64,000 nucleotides of DNA, from NCBI GenBank assembly GCA_030693325.1, contig JAUYAV010000011.1, positions 1,368-65,367 of the forward strand. The letters are read 5' to 3'. Origin of the DNA: a bacterium (GTDB lineage: Bacteria > Patescibacteriota > Minisyncoccia > UBA6257 > MFKM01). Made by a program: the position numbers and the translations under genes. Below the pieces are notes generated by a model that did not search any database, was not told where the DNA came from, and worked only from the letters and a program-made list of their open reading frames with translations. Below, one piece after another: positions 51,281 through 61,396 of this stretch (the stretch's first letter is position 1; every line of letters starts with the position of its first letter).

Positions 51281-51856
51281 ATGATAAAATTATACCGTAT
51301 GCGTCTCTTTATTGCCATAAATCTGCCTGAAAAAACAAAAAATGTCATAGAAGAAGCGGTTAATAAAATCAAGCCACTTTTTGATAATTATTCAGCCCAC
51401 TTTTCGCCGAAAAACAATTGGCATCTGACCATCACTTTTTTAGGATACCAGCCGCCGGAGGCCTTGGATTCTATTCTTAAATCAATCAAAGAAACCGCGG
51501 CACAATTTACCCACGTAAAAATAGATTTTGAAAGCATCAGCTACGGGCCGCCTGGCAAACCGGCTCGGATGGTCTGGCTGACCGGCGTTAAAAAAACTTC
51601 CGAAAAATTAAACGAACTGAAAATAAAATTAGACGAAACGCTTATTGAGAATGGCATAAAATTCAAGCAAGACAACCGGCGTTTTAACGCGCATCTTACT
51701 TTAGTGCGATTTCCCGATCCCTTGGGAAAATTGCCCGATAAACTAATAACTCCACTATCATTGTCTTTTGAAGCCGAAACTCTTGATTTAATGGAATCAC
51801 ATCTCAAGCAAACCGGCGCGGAATATGAAGTACTTTCTGAATTTGATTTTCATTAA
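51281..51856 (+). CDS. thpR: RNA 2',3'-cyclic phosphodiesterase (2H family)
   Basis: RLFIAI, HLTITFLG, HLTLVR; real start may be 51299. Confidence 0.9.
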   Translation: MIKLYRMRLFIAINLPEKTKNVIEEAVNKIKPLFDNYSAHFSPKNNWHLTITFLGYQPPEALDSILKSIKETAAQFTHVKIDFESISYGPPGKPARMVWLTGVKKTSEKLNELKIKLDETLIENGIKFKQDNRRFNAHLTLVRFPDPLGKLPDKLITPLSLSFEAETLDLMESHLKQTGAEYEVLSEFDFH

Positions 51857-51915
51857 TTTTTAATATAAAATTTATAAATCATGGACAAGAGATAGATTCT
51901 TGGCAAATTTCAAAA

Positions 51916-53127
51916 ATGGAAAACAAAAAAACATCCAATAAAAATTACGGTTTAATCCTCGGGATTGCTTTGCTAGTCAGCGTTTCCTATTCTTTTGGTT
52001 TCCAAGGCGGGCTTCGTAATGCCGAACCGAAAACCGTATACAAAGATAATCCGGAAATCGCCGCTGATTTTTCTACATTCTGGAAGGCCTGGGATACTTT
52101 TAAACAAAACTTCGTTCATAGCAAGGATATAACCGACCAGGATATGCTTTACGGAGCCATCTCCGGCCTGGTAAACGCGGGCAACGACCCTTACACTGTT
52201 TTTCTTAAGCCCAGCGATGCCAATAAATTCGAAGAGGATTTAAACGGAAACTTTGGAGGAATCGGCGCCCAAATTGATATCCGCAATAGTCAATTAATGG
52301 TCGTTGCTCCTTTGAAAGATTCGCCGGCTGAACGAGTGGGCCTGAAAAGCGGTGATAAAATCCTGAAAATTAATAGTACCTCCACCGACACTCTCGCCAC
52401 GATTGAAGAAGCGGTAAAACTGATTCGCGGAACAAAAGGAACGACGGTTGTCCTCACAATTTTAAGAGACGGCTGGGCATTGCCTAAAGAGATATCTATT
52501 ATCAGAGACACCATCGCCGTGCCTACTCTTGACTGGGAAATGAAATCAGACAATATCGCTTACATTCAGCTTTATAGTTTCAACGAAAACGCTCCCCTGG
52601 CATTTTATAAAGCCGCCCTGCCGGCTCTTATAAGCGGTGCTAAAGGTATAATCTTAGACCTTCGCAACAATCCCGGCGGCTATTTAGACGCGGCGACTAA
52701 TATCGCCGGCTGGTTCTTGAAAAGCGGGGATGTGGTCGTAAGAGAAGAATTCAGTTCCGGTAAACAGGATGTTCTTAAAGCCCAAGGCAACAGCGCCTTA
52801 GCCGATTTACCGGTGGTTGTTTTAGTCAATGGCGGTTCAGCTTCGGCTTCTGAAATTTTAGCCGGTGCCTTGCGGGACAACCGTCATGTCAAAATCATCG
52901 GCGAGACCACTTTCGGCAAAGGAACGGTTCAGGAACTTAAAAGATTTACTGACGGCTCGGAAATGAAAGTTTCAATTGCCCAATGGCTTTTGCCTAACGG
53001 CGAAACAATTGACAAAAAAGGCATAACTCCAGATATTGTCGTTGAATTAACCGAGGAAGACGCTACGGCCGGAAAAGACCCCCAACTGGACAAAGCAATG
53101 GAAATTATAAAAGCAGAAATTAAATAA
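51916..53127 (+). CDS. ctpA: Carboxyl-terminal protease S41
   Basis: DPYT, PDZ, DLRNNPGG, SASASEI, GKGTVQ. Confidence 0.93.
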   Translation: MENKKTSNKNYGLILGIALLVSVSYSFGFQGGLRNAEPKTVYKDNPEIAADFSTFWKAWDTFKQNFVHSKDITDQDMLYGAISGLVNAGNDPYTVFLKPSDANKFEEDLNGNFGGIGAQIDIRNSQLMVVAPLKDSPAERVGLKSGDKILKINSTSTDTLATIEEAVKLIRGTKGTTVVLTILRDGWALPKEISIIRDTIAVPTLDWEMKSDNIAYIQLYSFNENAPLAFYKAALPALISGAKGIILDLRNNPGGYLDAATNIAGWFLKSGDVVVREEFSSGKQDVLKAQGNSALADLPVVVLVNGGSASASEILAGALRDNRHVKIIGETTFGKGTVQELKRFTDGSEMKVSIAQWLLPNGETIDKKGITPDIVVELTEEDATAGKDPQLDKAMEIIKAEIK

Positions 53128-53134
53128 TCTAATT

Positions 53135-53617
53135 ATGAAAATAATTTTATCAGAAGACATCAAGGGACTGGGTAAAAAATTTGAAATCAAGGAAGTCAAG
53201 GACGGATACGCCAAAAATTTTTTAATACCCGGAAAATTAGCCAAAGCGGCAAACGAAGCCAATCTTAAAATTCTTACTCAGCAAAAAACAGTTTGGGAAA
53301 ATAAAGAAAAAGAGATTCTCGAGCACTTTGAGAAAATCGCCGATCAGCTTAAAAGCGCCGTCTTGGATTTTCCCATGAAAGTAAGCCTGCCTGCGCAGGC
53401 AGGGGAGAAAGTATCAATTTTCGGTTCAGTCAGCGCCGCGGAAATCATAAAGGCCATTAAAGACTTGGATACTTTAAAAAAGTATTCCGAAGAAATAAAA
53501 AATTTTGAAGTAATACTGGAGAAACCGATTAAAGAATTAGGAGAACACTTGGTGGAAATAAACCTCGGAAAAGGAATTAAATCAAAAGTTAAAATTAAAG
53601 TACACTCACAACCTTAA
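53135..53617 (+). CDS. rplI: 50S ribosomal protein L9
   Basis: [23 protein letters not shown]. Confidence 0.93.
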   Translation: MKIILSEDIKGLGKKFEIKEVKDGYAKNFLIPGKLAKAANEANLKILTQQKTVWENKEKEILEHFEKIADQLKSAVLDFPMKVSLPAQAGEKVSIFGSVSAAEIIKAIKDLDTLKKYSEEIKNFEVILEKPIKELGEHLVEINLGKGIKSKVKIKVHSQP

Positions 53618-53867
53618 CTGACCGGTTGACGCCGTCAAAACGAGTGTGTCTTTTATGAGCAAACTTAACTTTCCCCGCTTTAAGAGAGTAAAGCGTGTCG
53701 TCATTCGCGCGGCGGACATTAAGACCGGGGAAATAATTAGTACCCCGCTGGCGAACAATGATGTCGCCTATTTTCACTATCTGGCCGTCGGTCACTTTAA
53801 TACCCAATCGTTGAGCCGCTGAATCTCTGCCTAATTTTGTTGAGCCTTTTGCTTTTGTATGTGCCAT
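53595..53867 (-). CDS. rpmA: 50S ribosomal protein L27
   Basis: [23 protein letters not shown]. Confidence 0.96.
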   Translation of the reverse strand: MAHTKAKGSTKLGRDSAAQRLGIKVTDGQIVKIGDIIVRQRGTNYFPGLNVRRANDDTLYSLKAGKVKFAHKRHTRFDGVNRSVKVVSVL

Positions 53868-53910
53868 ATTAAAAAATCAAAATCAGATTAAATTCTAATT
53901 TATATAATAT

Positions 53911-54069
53911 ATGTTGTCAAGTTTCAAAAATTTAATTCAGGAAAATAAAAGAAATATCATAATAACTTTTCTGTTGATTCTTGTAATCTCTTTAAGCTTC
54001 GGTTTGGGTTATCTTTTCGCCAAAGAGAACAACCACGCCCCGATTATTATTGAAAAATGCTCGGGATAA
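53911..54069 (+). CDS. Small single-TM protein (52 aa, not in the ORF track)
   Basis: MLSSFKNLIQENKRNIIITFLLILVISLSFGLGYLFAKENNHAPIIIEKCSG. Confidence 0.6.
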   Translation: MLSSFKNLIQENKRNIIITFLLILVISLSFGLGYLFAKENNHAPIIIEKCSG

Positions 54070-54263
54070 AAGAAATTTTGCGACGATATTTATAGCGTTG
54101 CAAAATCTCTTTGGGGTTTTGCGACGAATAATTTATTCGTTGCAACAACCCTTATTTTACGACAGATAGATTTGCTAAAATTAAAACGATGTATTATAAT
54201 AATTTTATATTTGAATAATTTGTTCTTTAAAAAAAGAAATATAAAAAAGGAGGGATAAATACC

Positions 54264-54539
54264 ATGAAGGGTAATCATATAAAATATTATCCGAATGTAA
54301 TAGGATTCATATCCAAACGATTGAGAGAAAAGTTTCCGAAAGTTAAGCCGAGGAAAAATCTGAAAAACACCCCGGCATATCTTCTTTGGATGATGCAAGA
54401 GATGCAAAAATTCGATGATTCAGTGAAAGCTGGCAGATGGATTGGCTGGATAATGGCACATGCGGAAATGCTCGGAATTATGACGAACGAAAAGTCACGG
54501 AAATTAGCTAGAATGGATTGCCGACAAGGATTTACTTAA
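54264..54539 (+). CDS. Hypothetical protein
   Basis: Strong SD (aggagg) upstream; 'HL/YLLWM...KAGRWIGWI' motif. Confidence 0.75.
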   Translation: MKGNHIKYYPNVIGFISKRLREKFPKVKPRKNLKNTPAYLLWMMQEMQKFDDSVKAGRWIGWIMAHAEMLGIMTNEKSRKLARMDCRQGFT

Positions 54540-54585
54540 ATAATCCCGAAAATTAATAACGCAAATCTATCAAAGGAGGTGCAAA

Positions 54586-54876
54586 ATGAGCAAGAAAGAA
54601 ACTCTTGGAAAAGCAATGACCCCGGAAGAAATAATGAAACAGGCCGAATATACAGCACAGAAAGCCATAAAACGGCTCCAAGAATCAATCGACCATGGAT
54701 TTATGACCTATCCGGAGCTTATCGAAGTCCTTAAGTCTCATCTCAAGAAATCAATAGACGAGATGATAATTTTTAGGCCGGACAATCTTCCGTTTTCTCT
54801 GAAAAAAATTGGGCTAAATAAAATCTATAAAGCCCTCATAGAAAAAGAAAAAAGAGAGGAAAAACGGCGAAACTAA
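54586..54876 (+). CDS. Hypothetical protein
   Basis: Strong SD (aggaggt) upstream. Confidence 0.7.
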   Translation: MSKKETLGKAMTPEEIMKQAEYTAQKAIKRLQESIDHGFMTYPELIEVLKSHLKKSIDEMIIFRPDNLPFSLKKIGLNKIYKALIEKEKREEKRRN

Positions 54877-54890
54877 AGAAATATTAATTA

Positions 54891-54921
54891 TAATAGCCCG
54901 TAAAATTTTACGGGCTATTTT
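54891..54921. terminator. Bidirectional terminator-like palindrome between convergent genes
   Basis: aatagcccgtaaaattttacgggctatt. Confidence 0.65.
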
Positions 54922-55698
54922 TTATGATATATATCCGGTCTGTTTCAGCCAGTATTCATTTTCCCATTCCCAAAGTTTCTTGGCGCCCAAAAACGCCTTA
55001 AAATCTTCCTGCCAATAAGGAAATTCCTTTAGTTCGATGTCGCCTTTGAGTTCCGACCACTGGTGTTCGCAATTTCTGGCTTTTGCGCTGTAGCCGCCGT
55101 TAAGCCACGGCAATTTTATTTTTTCCCGGCCGCCTTTTTGGCGTAAAGTGGCGCCGCAGTTAAGGCAAGTTTTAATCTGGTCAATTCTTAAAATCCAGCG
55201 TGTCTGAATATTTTTAAAATCATTTTGGACGGCCGCTATGTAAGCGGATGTTTGGAGATTATAATCGCGATAAATCGCCTGGGAAGTTTTAATGTCTAAA
55301 ACTCCGAATTTGCCGTCAATAAGGGCCAAGGCGTCAATAGTGCCGGCGTAGCGTTCATCAAAATTAATAATTTGTTTTTCCACGAACTGTTCATCAACCT
55401 GGATGTTTTTGGCTTCTTTAAATTTTAAAAATGCGTCAACCGCCGGAGCAATTGTCGGGTCAACAACGGGGGACTGACCGATAAGAAACTGCTCAACTGT
55501 TTCGTGCATTAAAGTGCCTTCGGCGGCTGATGCATTTTTGACCGCTTCCCCTGCGTTAAAATTATTCATTTCGGCGTAAAAGCGATAAAGCGCCGGCTTG
55601 GCTTTGATTTCAATGATTTTAGTCACGCGAGGATACCAAGCACCGTCAATTTCATAGCCGCTTGAATCTTTGAACTGCCCCAAATTGGAATAATACAT
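54922..55698 (-). CDS. PD-(D/E)XK exonuclease-like protein with zinc-ribbon insert
   Basis: YPRVT, GTLMH, YAGTID, DIKTS, QTSAY; CLNC...CEH. Confidence 0.8.
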   Translation of the reverse strand: MYYSNLGQFKDSSGYEIDGAWYPRVTKIIEIKAKPALYRFYAEMNNFNAGEAVKNASAAEGTLMHETVEQFLIGQSPVVDPTIAPAVDAFLKFKEAKNIQVDEQFVEKQIINFDERYAGTIDALALIDGKFGVLDIKTSQAIYRDYNLQTSAYIAAVQNDFKNIQTRWILRIDQIKTCLNCGATLRQKGGREKIKLPWLNGGYSAKARNCEHQWSELKGDIELKEFPYWQEDFKAFLGAKKLWEWENEYWLKQTGYIS

Positions 55699-55861
55699 AA
55701 TATCTCCATATCTTAGCAGGGAAGCCAAGATATTCAAGGGTTATATCTGTCGTACAAGATACCTTTTGCGTCAGATAATAAAAATCTAACGCAAAAGGTT
55801 GCGGTTATTTTACAACAATTCTTTAAATAATATAAAGAACTATCGTAAAATAACCTTACTT

Positions 55862-56272
55862 TTATTTTATAAAAGATAATCCGGCTTTGATTAGATTCGC
55901 GATTCCCTGGAAAATCCAGACAAAAAATTCCCCCACTTTTTGAAATACCAAAACGATATTAAGCCCGATATGGGTCTTTAGCCATTCATTCGTATTCCCC
56001 AGGCCCCGAGTAAGCCACCTGAAGCCATTTGCCACATCCTCGCCCGACTTAGGAATGGCTCCGACAACCTGGTTGAGAAATGAAAATTTGGAAAAATCAA
56101 TATTTATATTGCTGAAGGTTTTGAATAAATCGGTTAAGGGCTGCGGGATAAAACTCTGAATTTTTTCCGGCGTCGGTATATCTGAAATATTAACTTCAGC
56201 CAAAGAAATTTTAGACGCTGACAAAATGAATGCCGATAGTAAAATTAATAGAAACAAACGCTTGTAATTCAT
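55862..56272 (-). CDS. Secreted or membrane hypothetical protein
   Basis: Signal peptide, amphipathic helices. Confidence 0.65.
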   Translation of the reverse strand: MNYKRLFLLILLSAFILSASKISLAEVNISDIPTPEKIQSFIPQPLTDLFKTFSNINIDFSKFSFLNQVVGAIPKSGEDVANGFRWLTRGLGNTNEWLKTHIGLNIVLVFQKVGEFFVWIFQGIANLIKAGLSFIK

Positions 56273-56293
56273 ATTTTTATAATAAAATAAATT

Positions 56294-57757
56294 TTATAAA
56301 TAGTCAAGAGGATTCAAAGTCGCTCCATAGGGCTGGAGGCCGCAAGTGTTGCTGTTTTTTATTTCGGGTGAAAGCAAGGTCTGGCCTCCGCCGTAGATAT
56401 TCGCATAAACCGTAAAATGGAGATGCGAGCCGGTAGAAAAACCTGTATTACCACTATAACCAATCCGGACTCCCCTATTTACGATATCGCCGACTTTCAC
56501 CTCTTGCAAAGAAAGATGAGTATATAATGTTGAAAGATTATTGTCGTGTTTAATCACGATATATTTTCCATAAGAACCGCCGTATTTCTTTTTACCATAC
56601 CAAACCGGAGGACAATATTTATCGGTATTCCCGACAGCTATCACCCGGCCGTTTTCGGCCGCGAAAACCTCCGTCGAGACAGGTACGCCGATATCAATTC
56701 CGTTATGAAATCCGCCATTGCCCGTGCCTTCATTGCAGGCCGGATAAGATTTTCTGGCAAAAGAATCGACAATACAGCCGTATCCCTGGGTTAAATTCGC
56801 TTTCAAATCTAAATTCAAGGGCATGGCTAAAACTCCAGACCGCGGTACAGGCAGGATATTCGGATCAATTTTTGCTCTTAATTCGGATTCAATTTTGTCA
56901 ATTTCGGCGCCGACTGCCTGTTGTATTTTTTCCAGCTCATCAATTCTTTGCTGATAGGCGCTTCCTTGTTTTTTATTGACGGCCAAAAGATTTTGTTGCT
57001 CTGCTTTTTGATCTTGAACTATAAGTTTTCTATTCTGCGAATCGGCTTTTGCCGCTTCCTGATTTTGCTCTTTCTGCGAAACATCGCCTAATTTCTGGAA
57101 ACGTTCGTCGTGGAGCTGCCGAAGCGTGGCTACTTCCGTGGCTAAATTAGTATTAAGGTCAAGCAAGTTTTGAGTTTCGGAAATAGTGTCAGTCAAGCTT
57201 TTATTTTTCAACAAAATATTTAAAATCCCTTCGCCTTCTTTTTCATTAAGCTCTCTTAATAAATTAATGATGGCCTGTTTCTCAATATCGGACTTATTTC
57301 CTATATCTTTGATTTCACTATTCAAAGATTCAATTTCCAAGCCAAGTTTTTCAATAGTGATTCCGCTGGATTTAATTGACAAATTTAACTGGCTGATTTG
57401 ATAATCGTTCTTTTTAATATCTTTTTGAATAGTGGCGCTTTCTTTGTTTAATTCGTTGAGATTATCAAGAATTTTTTGGCGCTCGGAATCAATCTGTTGA
57501 AGCTCGGCGCTTTTCTGGTTGATAGCATCTCTGAGATCTTGAGGAGTGGAAGCCTGAACGGTAGAAAATAGAAAATAGAAAATAGAAAATAGAAAGATAA
57601 AAACAATCCAACCAAACTTGTTTGAGAAAATATCCCGCAGGCGTCCAAAGATTGGTCTCCGCGAAGCGGAGTTTGGACGCCGAGGGAAAAGAAAATTTTG
57701 CCGCTGGAGCAAAATTATTCTGGTTTTTGAAAACAAGTTTGGTTGGATGCTATTCAT
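56294..57757 (-). CDS. M23 peptidase with coiled coil (EnvC-like); N-terminus carries an inserted repeat element
   Basis: HNGID, YTHL, GFSTGSHLHF; ATG overlaps the gltX stop. Confidence 0.9.
   Translation of the reverse strand: MNSIQPNLFSKTRIILLQRQNFLFPRRPNSASRRPIFGRLRDIFSNKFGWIVFIFLFSIFYFLFSTVQASTPQDLRDAINQKSAELQQIDSERQKILDNLNELNKESATIQKDIKKNDYQISQLNLSIKSSGITIEKLGLEIESLNSEIKDIGNKSDIEKQAIINLLRELNEKEGEGILNILLKNKSLTDTISETQNLLDLNTNLATEVATLRQLHDERFQKLGDVSQKEQNQEAAKADSQNRKLIVQDQKAEQQNLLAVNKKQGSAYQQRIDELEKIQQAVGAEIDKIESELRAKIDPNILPVPRSGVLAMPLNLDLKANLTQGYGCIVDSFARKSYPACNEGTGNGGFHNGIDIGVPVSTEVFAAENGRVIAVGNTDKYCPPVWYGKKKYGGSYGKYIVIKHDNNLSTLYTHLSLQEVKVGDIVNRGVRIGYSGNTGFSTGSHLHFTVYANIYGGGQTLLSPEIKNSNTCGLQPYGATLNPLDYL
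57562..57595. repeat. (TAGAAAA)4+ heptamer tandem repeat in the signal-peptide region
   Basis: Read directly. Confidence 0.85.
57606..57748 (+). mobile_element. ~140-bp structured repeat element, copy inside the M23 CDS
   Basis: Same ends and core as 18277-18423. Confidence 0.85.
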
Positions 57758-59144
57758 TAAACTTTTGAATGGCTATTTTTATTCTTTTCAAACTTTCGTC
57801 ACGACCCAAAACTCCCAAAATTTCAAAAGGTCCCGGCGAGGCGGTCTGGCCGGAAAGGGCCACTCTCAAAGGCCAAAAAACCTCGCCCCGGCCCCGACTT
57901 TCGGCCAAAGCCATAATTTTATTATTAGCATTGTCAAAATCTTCCACTAAAGGCAAAATTGATTGAAGATTATCAAGAATCTTTTCCTTTGGCGTTTTAT
58001 CCCAAATCAAAAGATTAGCCGGATAATCGGGCAATTCAAAAAAGAAACCGACCAATTTTACGAAATCAGTCAATTTTTTGACTCTTTCCTTTTCAATCTT
58101 AACAACTTTTATCAAAAATTCCTCGTCCTTCAGCCATTCGTGAGGAATAAAATTTTTCAGACGCTCAATTAACTCTTCCGGTTCCAATTGCATAATATAT
58201 TGGCTATTGAGCCAATCCAATTTTTCCAAATTGAAAACCGCTCCTCCTTTCTGAATGCGTTTTAAGTTGAATTGTTTTATTAATTCTTCCAAAGCGAATA
58301 CTTCCCTGTCGTCTTCCTCCGGGTGCCAACCCAGCAAAGCCAAAAAATTCATCATAGCCTCCGGCAAATAACCTTCATTTCGGTAATCTGCAATTGAGGT
58401 TTCAATATAACGCTTGGAGAGTTTGCTTCGGTCAGCTGACAGAATTAAGGGCAAATGGGCATAAACCGGTTCGTCAAAACCCAGGGCTCCTTGGATCATA
58501 ATTTGTTTCGGTGTATTGGAAATATGATCTTCGCCGCGGATAATATGGCTGATTTTCATTTCAAAATCATCAACCACCACTGCTAGATTATAAAGCGGCG
58601 TCCGCAAATTTTTGGCGATAACAATATCTCCGATAAGCCCGGTGTTAAATTTTACTTTACCTCGGATTAAATCGTTGAAAACCACTTCCGTTTCCGGCAT
58701 TTTAAAACGGATGACCGAGGGTCTTTCAGAATCCGGTTCGCGATTATTCCGGCAACGGCCGCTGTATTTCGGCGCTAAACCCTGGGAAAGCATCGCCTGT
58801 TTATCGGCTTCAATTTCTTCTTTGGTACAAAAACAATAATAAGCCCGGCCTTCTTCAAGAAGTTTTTTGATATATTTTTCATAAATATCCAATCTATCGG
58901 TTTGCCGGAAAGGACCTTCGTCCCAATTCAATCCCAGCCATTGAAGGCTCTCAATAATATCCTTTTCATACTTTTGGTCGGAACGCTCCAAATCCGTGTC
59001 CTCTATCCGTAAAATAAAGCTCCCGCCCTGATTTTTGGCAAAAAGCCAGTTAAACAGAGCGGTCCGGGCCGTGCCCATGTGCAAAAGACCGGTTGGCGAG
59101 GGCGCAATCCGCACCCGAATGTCTTTTTTGGGACTATCAGCCAT
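57750..59144 (-). CDS. gltX: Glutamyl-tRNA synthetase
   Basis: APSPTGLLHMG, RIEDTD, RGEDH, KLSKR. Confidence 0.96.
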   Translation of the reverse strand: MADSPKKDIRVRIAPSPTGLLHMGTARTALFNWLFAKNQGGSFILRIEDTDLERSDQKYEKDIIESLQWLGLNWDEGPFRQTDRLDIYEKYIKKLLEEGRAYYCFCTKEEIEADKQAMLSQGLAPKYSGRCRNNREPDSERPSVIRFKMPETEVVFNDLIRGKVKFNTGLIGDIVIAKNLRTPLYNLAVVVDDFEMKISHIIRGEDHISNTPKQIMIQGALGFDEPVYAHLPLILSADRSKLSKRYIETSIADYRNEGYLPEAMMNFLALLGWHPEEDDREVFALEELIKQFNLKRIQKGGAVFNLEKLDWLNSQYIMQLEPEELIERLKNFIPHEWLKDEEFLIKVVKIEKERVKKLTDFVKLVGFFFELPDYPANLLIWDKTPKEKILDNLQSILPLVEDFDNANNKIMALAESRGRGEVFWPLRVALSGQTASPGPFEILGVLGRDESLKRIKIAIQKFNE

Positions 59145-59253
59145 AATATTTGATTATAAATCAAAATAAGCTTTTTGGCTATCAAGCAAATTTACTATTG
59201 TAATTCCACGATCGTGGAATTACAATAGTAAATTCAAAATTCAATTTTTCTAA

Positions 59254-60396
59254 TCAAAATGACTTTAAAATTTCTTCCGCGATTTTTTGGGCGGCTTCGG
59301 GTTCGGCGAAATTTTTGGCCGCCTGACTCATTTTATTTTGCGATTCCGGGTCGGTTAAAATCTTTTTTGCCTGGCTTATAAAAATACTAGACTTAAAATT
59401 GGCTTCTTCCATTACTACCGCCGCTCCGGTTTTGGCATATTCATACGCATTTACTTTCTGATGGTCGCTGGCTGATTCTTCCAAGGGAATTAAGATACTC
59501 GGCTTGCCGAAAGCGGCAATTTCAAAAATACTGCCACTACCGGCACGGGAAAGAACCAAATCCGCCGCCGCAAATGCTTCTCTTATGGCTTTGGCGTCTT
59601 GCAAGTAGCCGACTAATTGATAACGATTTTTATAAAAATCTCCCAAGGTCTTAAGCAGAAAATCGGAATCTTTTTTGGTCTCCGAATAATTAATCGGGCC
59701 GGATTGATGAATAACTTGAGCGAAATCAAGAATTTCTCCCAAATTATCCAGAATGAAATTATTGACTGACAAAGCGCCTTGCGAACCGCCGATAACCAAA
59801 ATCACCGGTTCGGCGGAATTGAAGCCCAAAGTTTTTTTCGCCGTTTCCTTGTCGGGAATTTCTCTTATAATCTCCGGCCGGATGGGATTGCCGACCAGAA
59901 TTGTTTTATCAGCGGGAAAATATTGCGCCGCTTTTTCAAAAGATATGAGAATTTTCCCGGCAAAACGGGTAGCCCAAAGATTAGTCAAGCCCGGAATTGT
60001 GTCTGATTCGTGAATGATTATCGGTATCCGGTAAAATCTGGAAGCCAAAATGACGGCCATTGGAACTCCTGTCCCCCCTTTGGAAAAAACCACGTCTGGC
60101 ATAAACCGAAAAATTTTAAAAAGCGCCTGAAAAAAACTGAAAACAAATTTAGGAGCGTCAATGAAATTATTTAAAGAAAAATAACGCCGCAGTTTGCTGG
60201 AGATAATCTTTTCGATTTTTATTCCCCTACCCTCAAATTCGTTGTTCAAAACGCCAGCCGGCCCGAAATATTTTATTTCTATATTGCGATTTTGTTCTGC
60301 GGCTAAGCGATAAATTGCTTCAGCCACCGCGACCAAGGGATAGATATGCCCTCCCGTGCCGCCGGCGGTTAAAAGTATTCTGGTTTTATCTTTCAT
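59254..60396 (-). CDS. murG: MurG glycosyltransferase
   Basis: GGTGGHIYP, HESD, GNPIR, GGSQGA, HQKVNA. Confidence 0.95.
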   Translation of the reverse strand: MKDKTRILLTAGGTGGHIYPLVAVAEAIYRLAAEQNRNIEIKYFGPAGVLNNEFEGRGIKIEKIISSKLRRYFSLNNFIDAPKFVFSFFQALFKIFRFMPDVVFSKGGTGVPMAVILASRFYRIPIIIHESDTIPGLTNLWATRFAGKILISFEKAAQYFPADKTILVGNPIRPEIIREIPDKETAKKTLGFNSAEPVILVIGGSQGALSVNNFILDNLGEILDFAQVIHQSGPINYSETKKDSDFLLKTLGDFYKNRYQLVGYLQDAKAIREAFAAADLVLSRAGSGSIFEIAAFGKPSILIPLEESASDHQKVNAYEYAKTGAAVVMEEANFKSSIFISQAKKILTDPESQNKMSQAAKNFAEPEAAQKIAEEILKSF

Positions 60397-60399
60397 AAT

Positions 60400-61389
60400 C
60401 TATCGTTTTTTTATGACTCTTTTCACCGCTTCTTTAATGGCGTCCACTCCCATTCCGTATTTTTCAAGCAAGTCGTTCATATTGCCGGATTCGCCGAAAG
60501 TGTCCTGCATCCCGATAAATTCCATCGGTGTCGGATAATTTTTGGCTAAAATTTCCGCTACCGCGCCGCCCAAACCGCCTTTAACCTGATGCTCTTCAAC
60601 GGTAACTACTGCCCGGCATTTTTTGGCAACATCTATTATGATTTTCTCGTCCATTGGTTTTAAAGTGTGATTATTGACCACGATGGTATTAATCCCCTCT
60701 TCGGCTAAATCTTTAGCCGCCAATAAAGCGTTATAAACCAACGGCCCACAGCCGATAATGGCGCATTGCGGTTTTGAAGAATCCCAAAAAATTTCCGCTT
60801 TGCCTGGGATAAAGGGCGTTTGGTCGGTGGTGAACACCGGCGTTTTCTCCCGCGTCAAACGAATATAATCCGGCCCCCAAATTTTAGCCGCGGCCACCGT
60901 CGCCTTTTTTGCCTCAAGGGAATCGCAGGGAACAAAAATCCTCATGCCGGGCAAAACTCTCATAATAGCCAAATCTTCGGTTGCTTGGTGAGTGGCGCCG
61001 TCAGGCCCGGTGGAAATTCCGGCGTGAGCTCCGGCGATATTGACATTAGTGTTGCCGTAAGCGATAAAAGACCTGATTTGCTCCCAATTGCGTCCCGGGG
61101 AAAAAGTGGCGTAAGAAGAAATAAAGGGAATTTTCCCGCTTAAAGCCAAGCCCGCGGCCACCACCGCCATATTCTGTTCGGCAATGCCCATTTCAAAAAA
61201 TCTTTCGGGAAATTTATCCCGGAATCCGGAACAACGGGTGGAATCGGTGATGTCGGCGCACAAAACCACGACATTGGGGTCGGCTTCGCCGGCGATAATC
61301 AAACCCTCGCCGAATCCGAAACGGGTCGGCTCCTGTTTGATTTCTTTATTAAAAATTTCTGAAGAAAGTTTTACTTGGGGATTTAACAT
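60400..61389 (-). CDS. Transketolase, C-terminal subunit
   Basis: GIAEQN, GPDGATHQ, VEEH. Confidence 0.93.
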   Translation of the reverse strand: MLNPQVKLSSEIFNKEIKQEPTRFGFGEGLIIAGEADPNVVVLCADITDSTRCSGFRDKFPERFFEMGIAEQNMAVVAAGLALSGKIPFISSYATFSPGRNWEQIRSFIAYGNTNVNIAGAHAGISTGPDGATHQATEDLAIMRVLPGMRIFVPCDSLEAKKATVAAAKIWGPDYIRLTREKTPVFTTDQTPFIPGKAEIFWDSSKPQCAIIGCGPLVYNALLAAKDLAEEGINTIVVNNHTLKPMDEKIIIDVAKKCRAVVTVEEHQVKGGLGGAVAEILAKNYPTPMEFIGMQDTFGESGNMNDLLEKYGMGVDAIKEAVKRVIKKR

Positions 61390-61396
61390 ATATTTA

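Noticed and set aside
54090-55737. Prophage
   Set aside because: No integrase, terminase or structural genes; only orphans and one nuclease.
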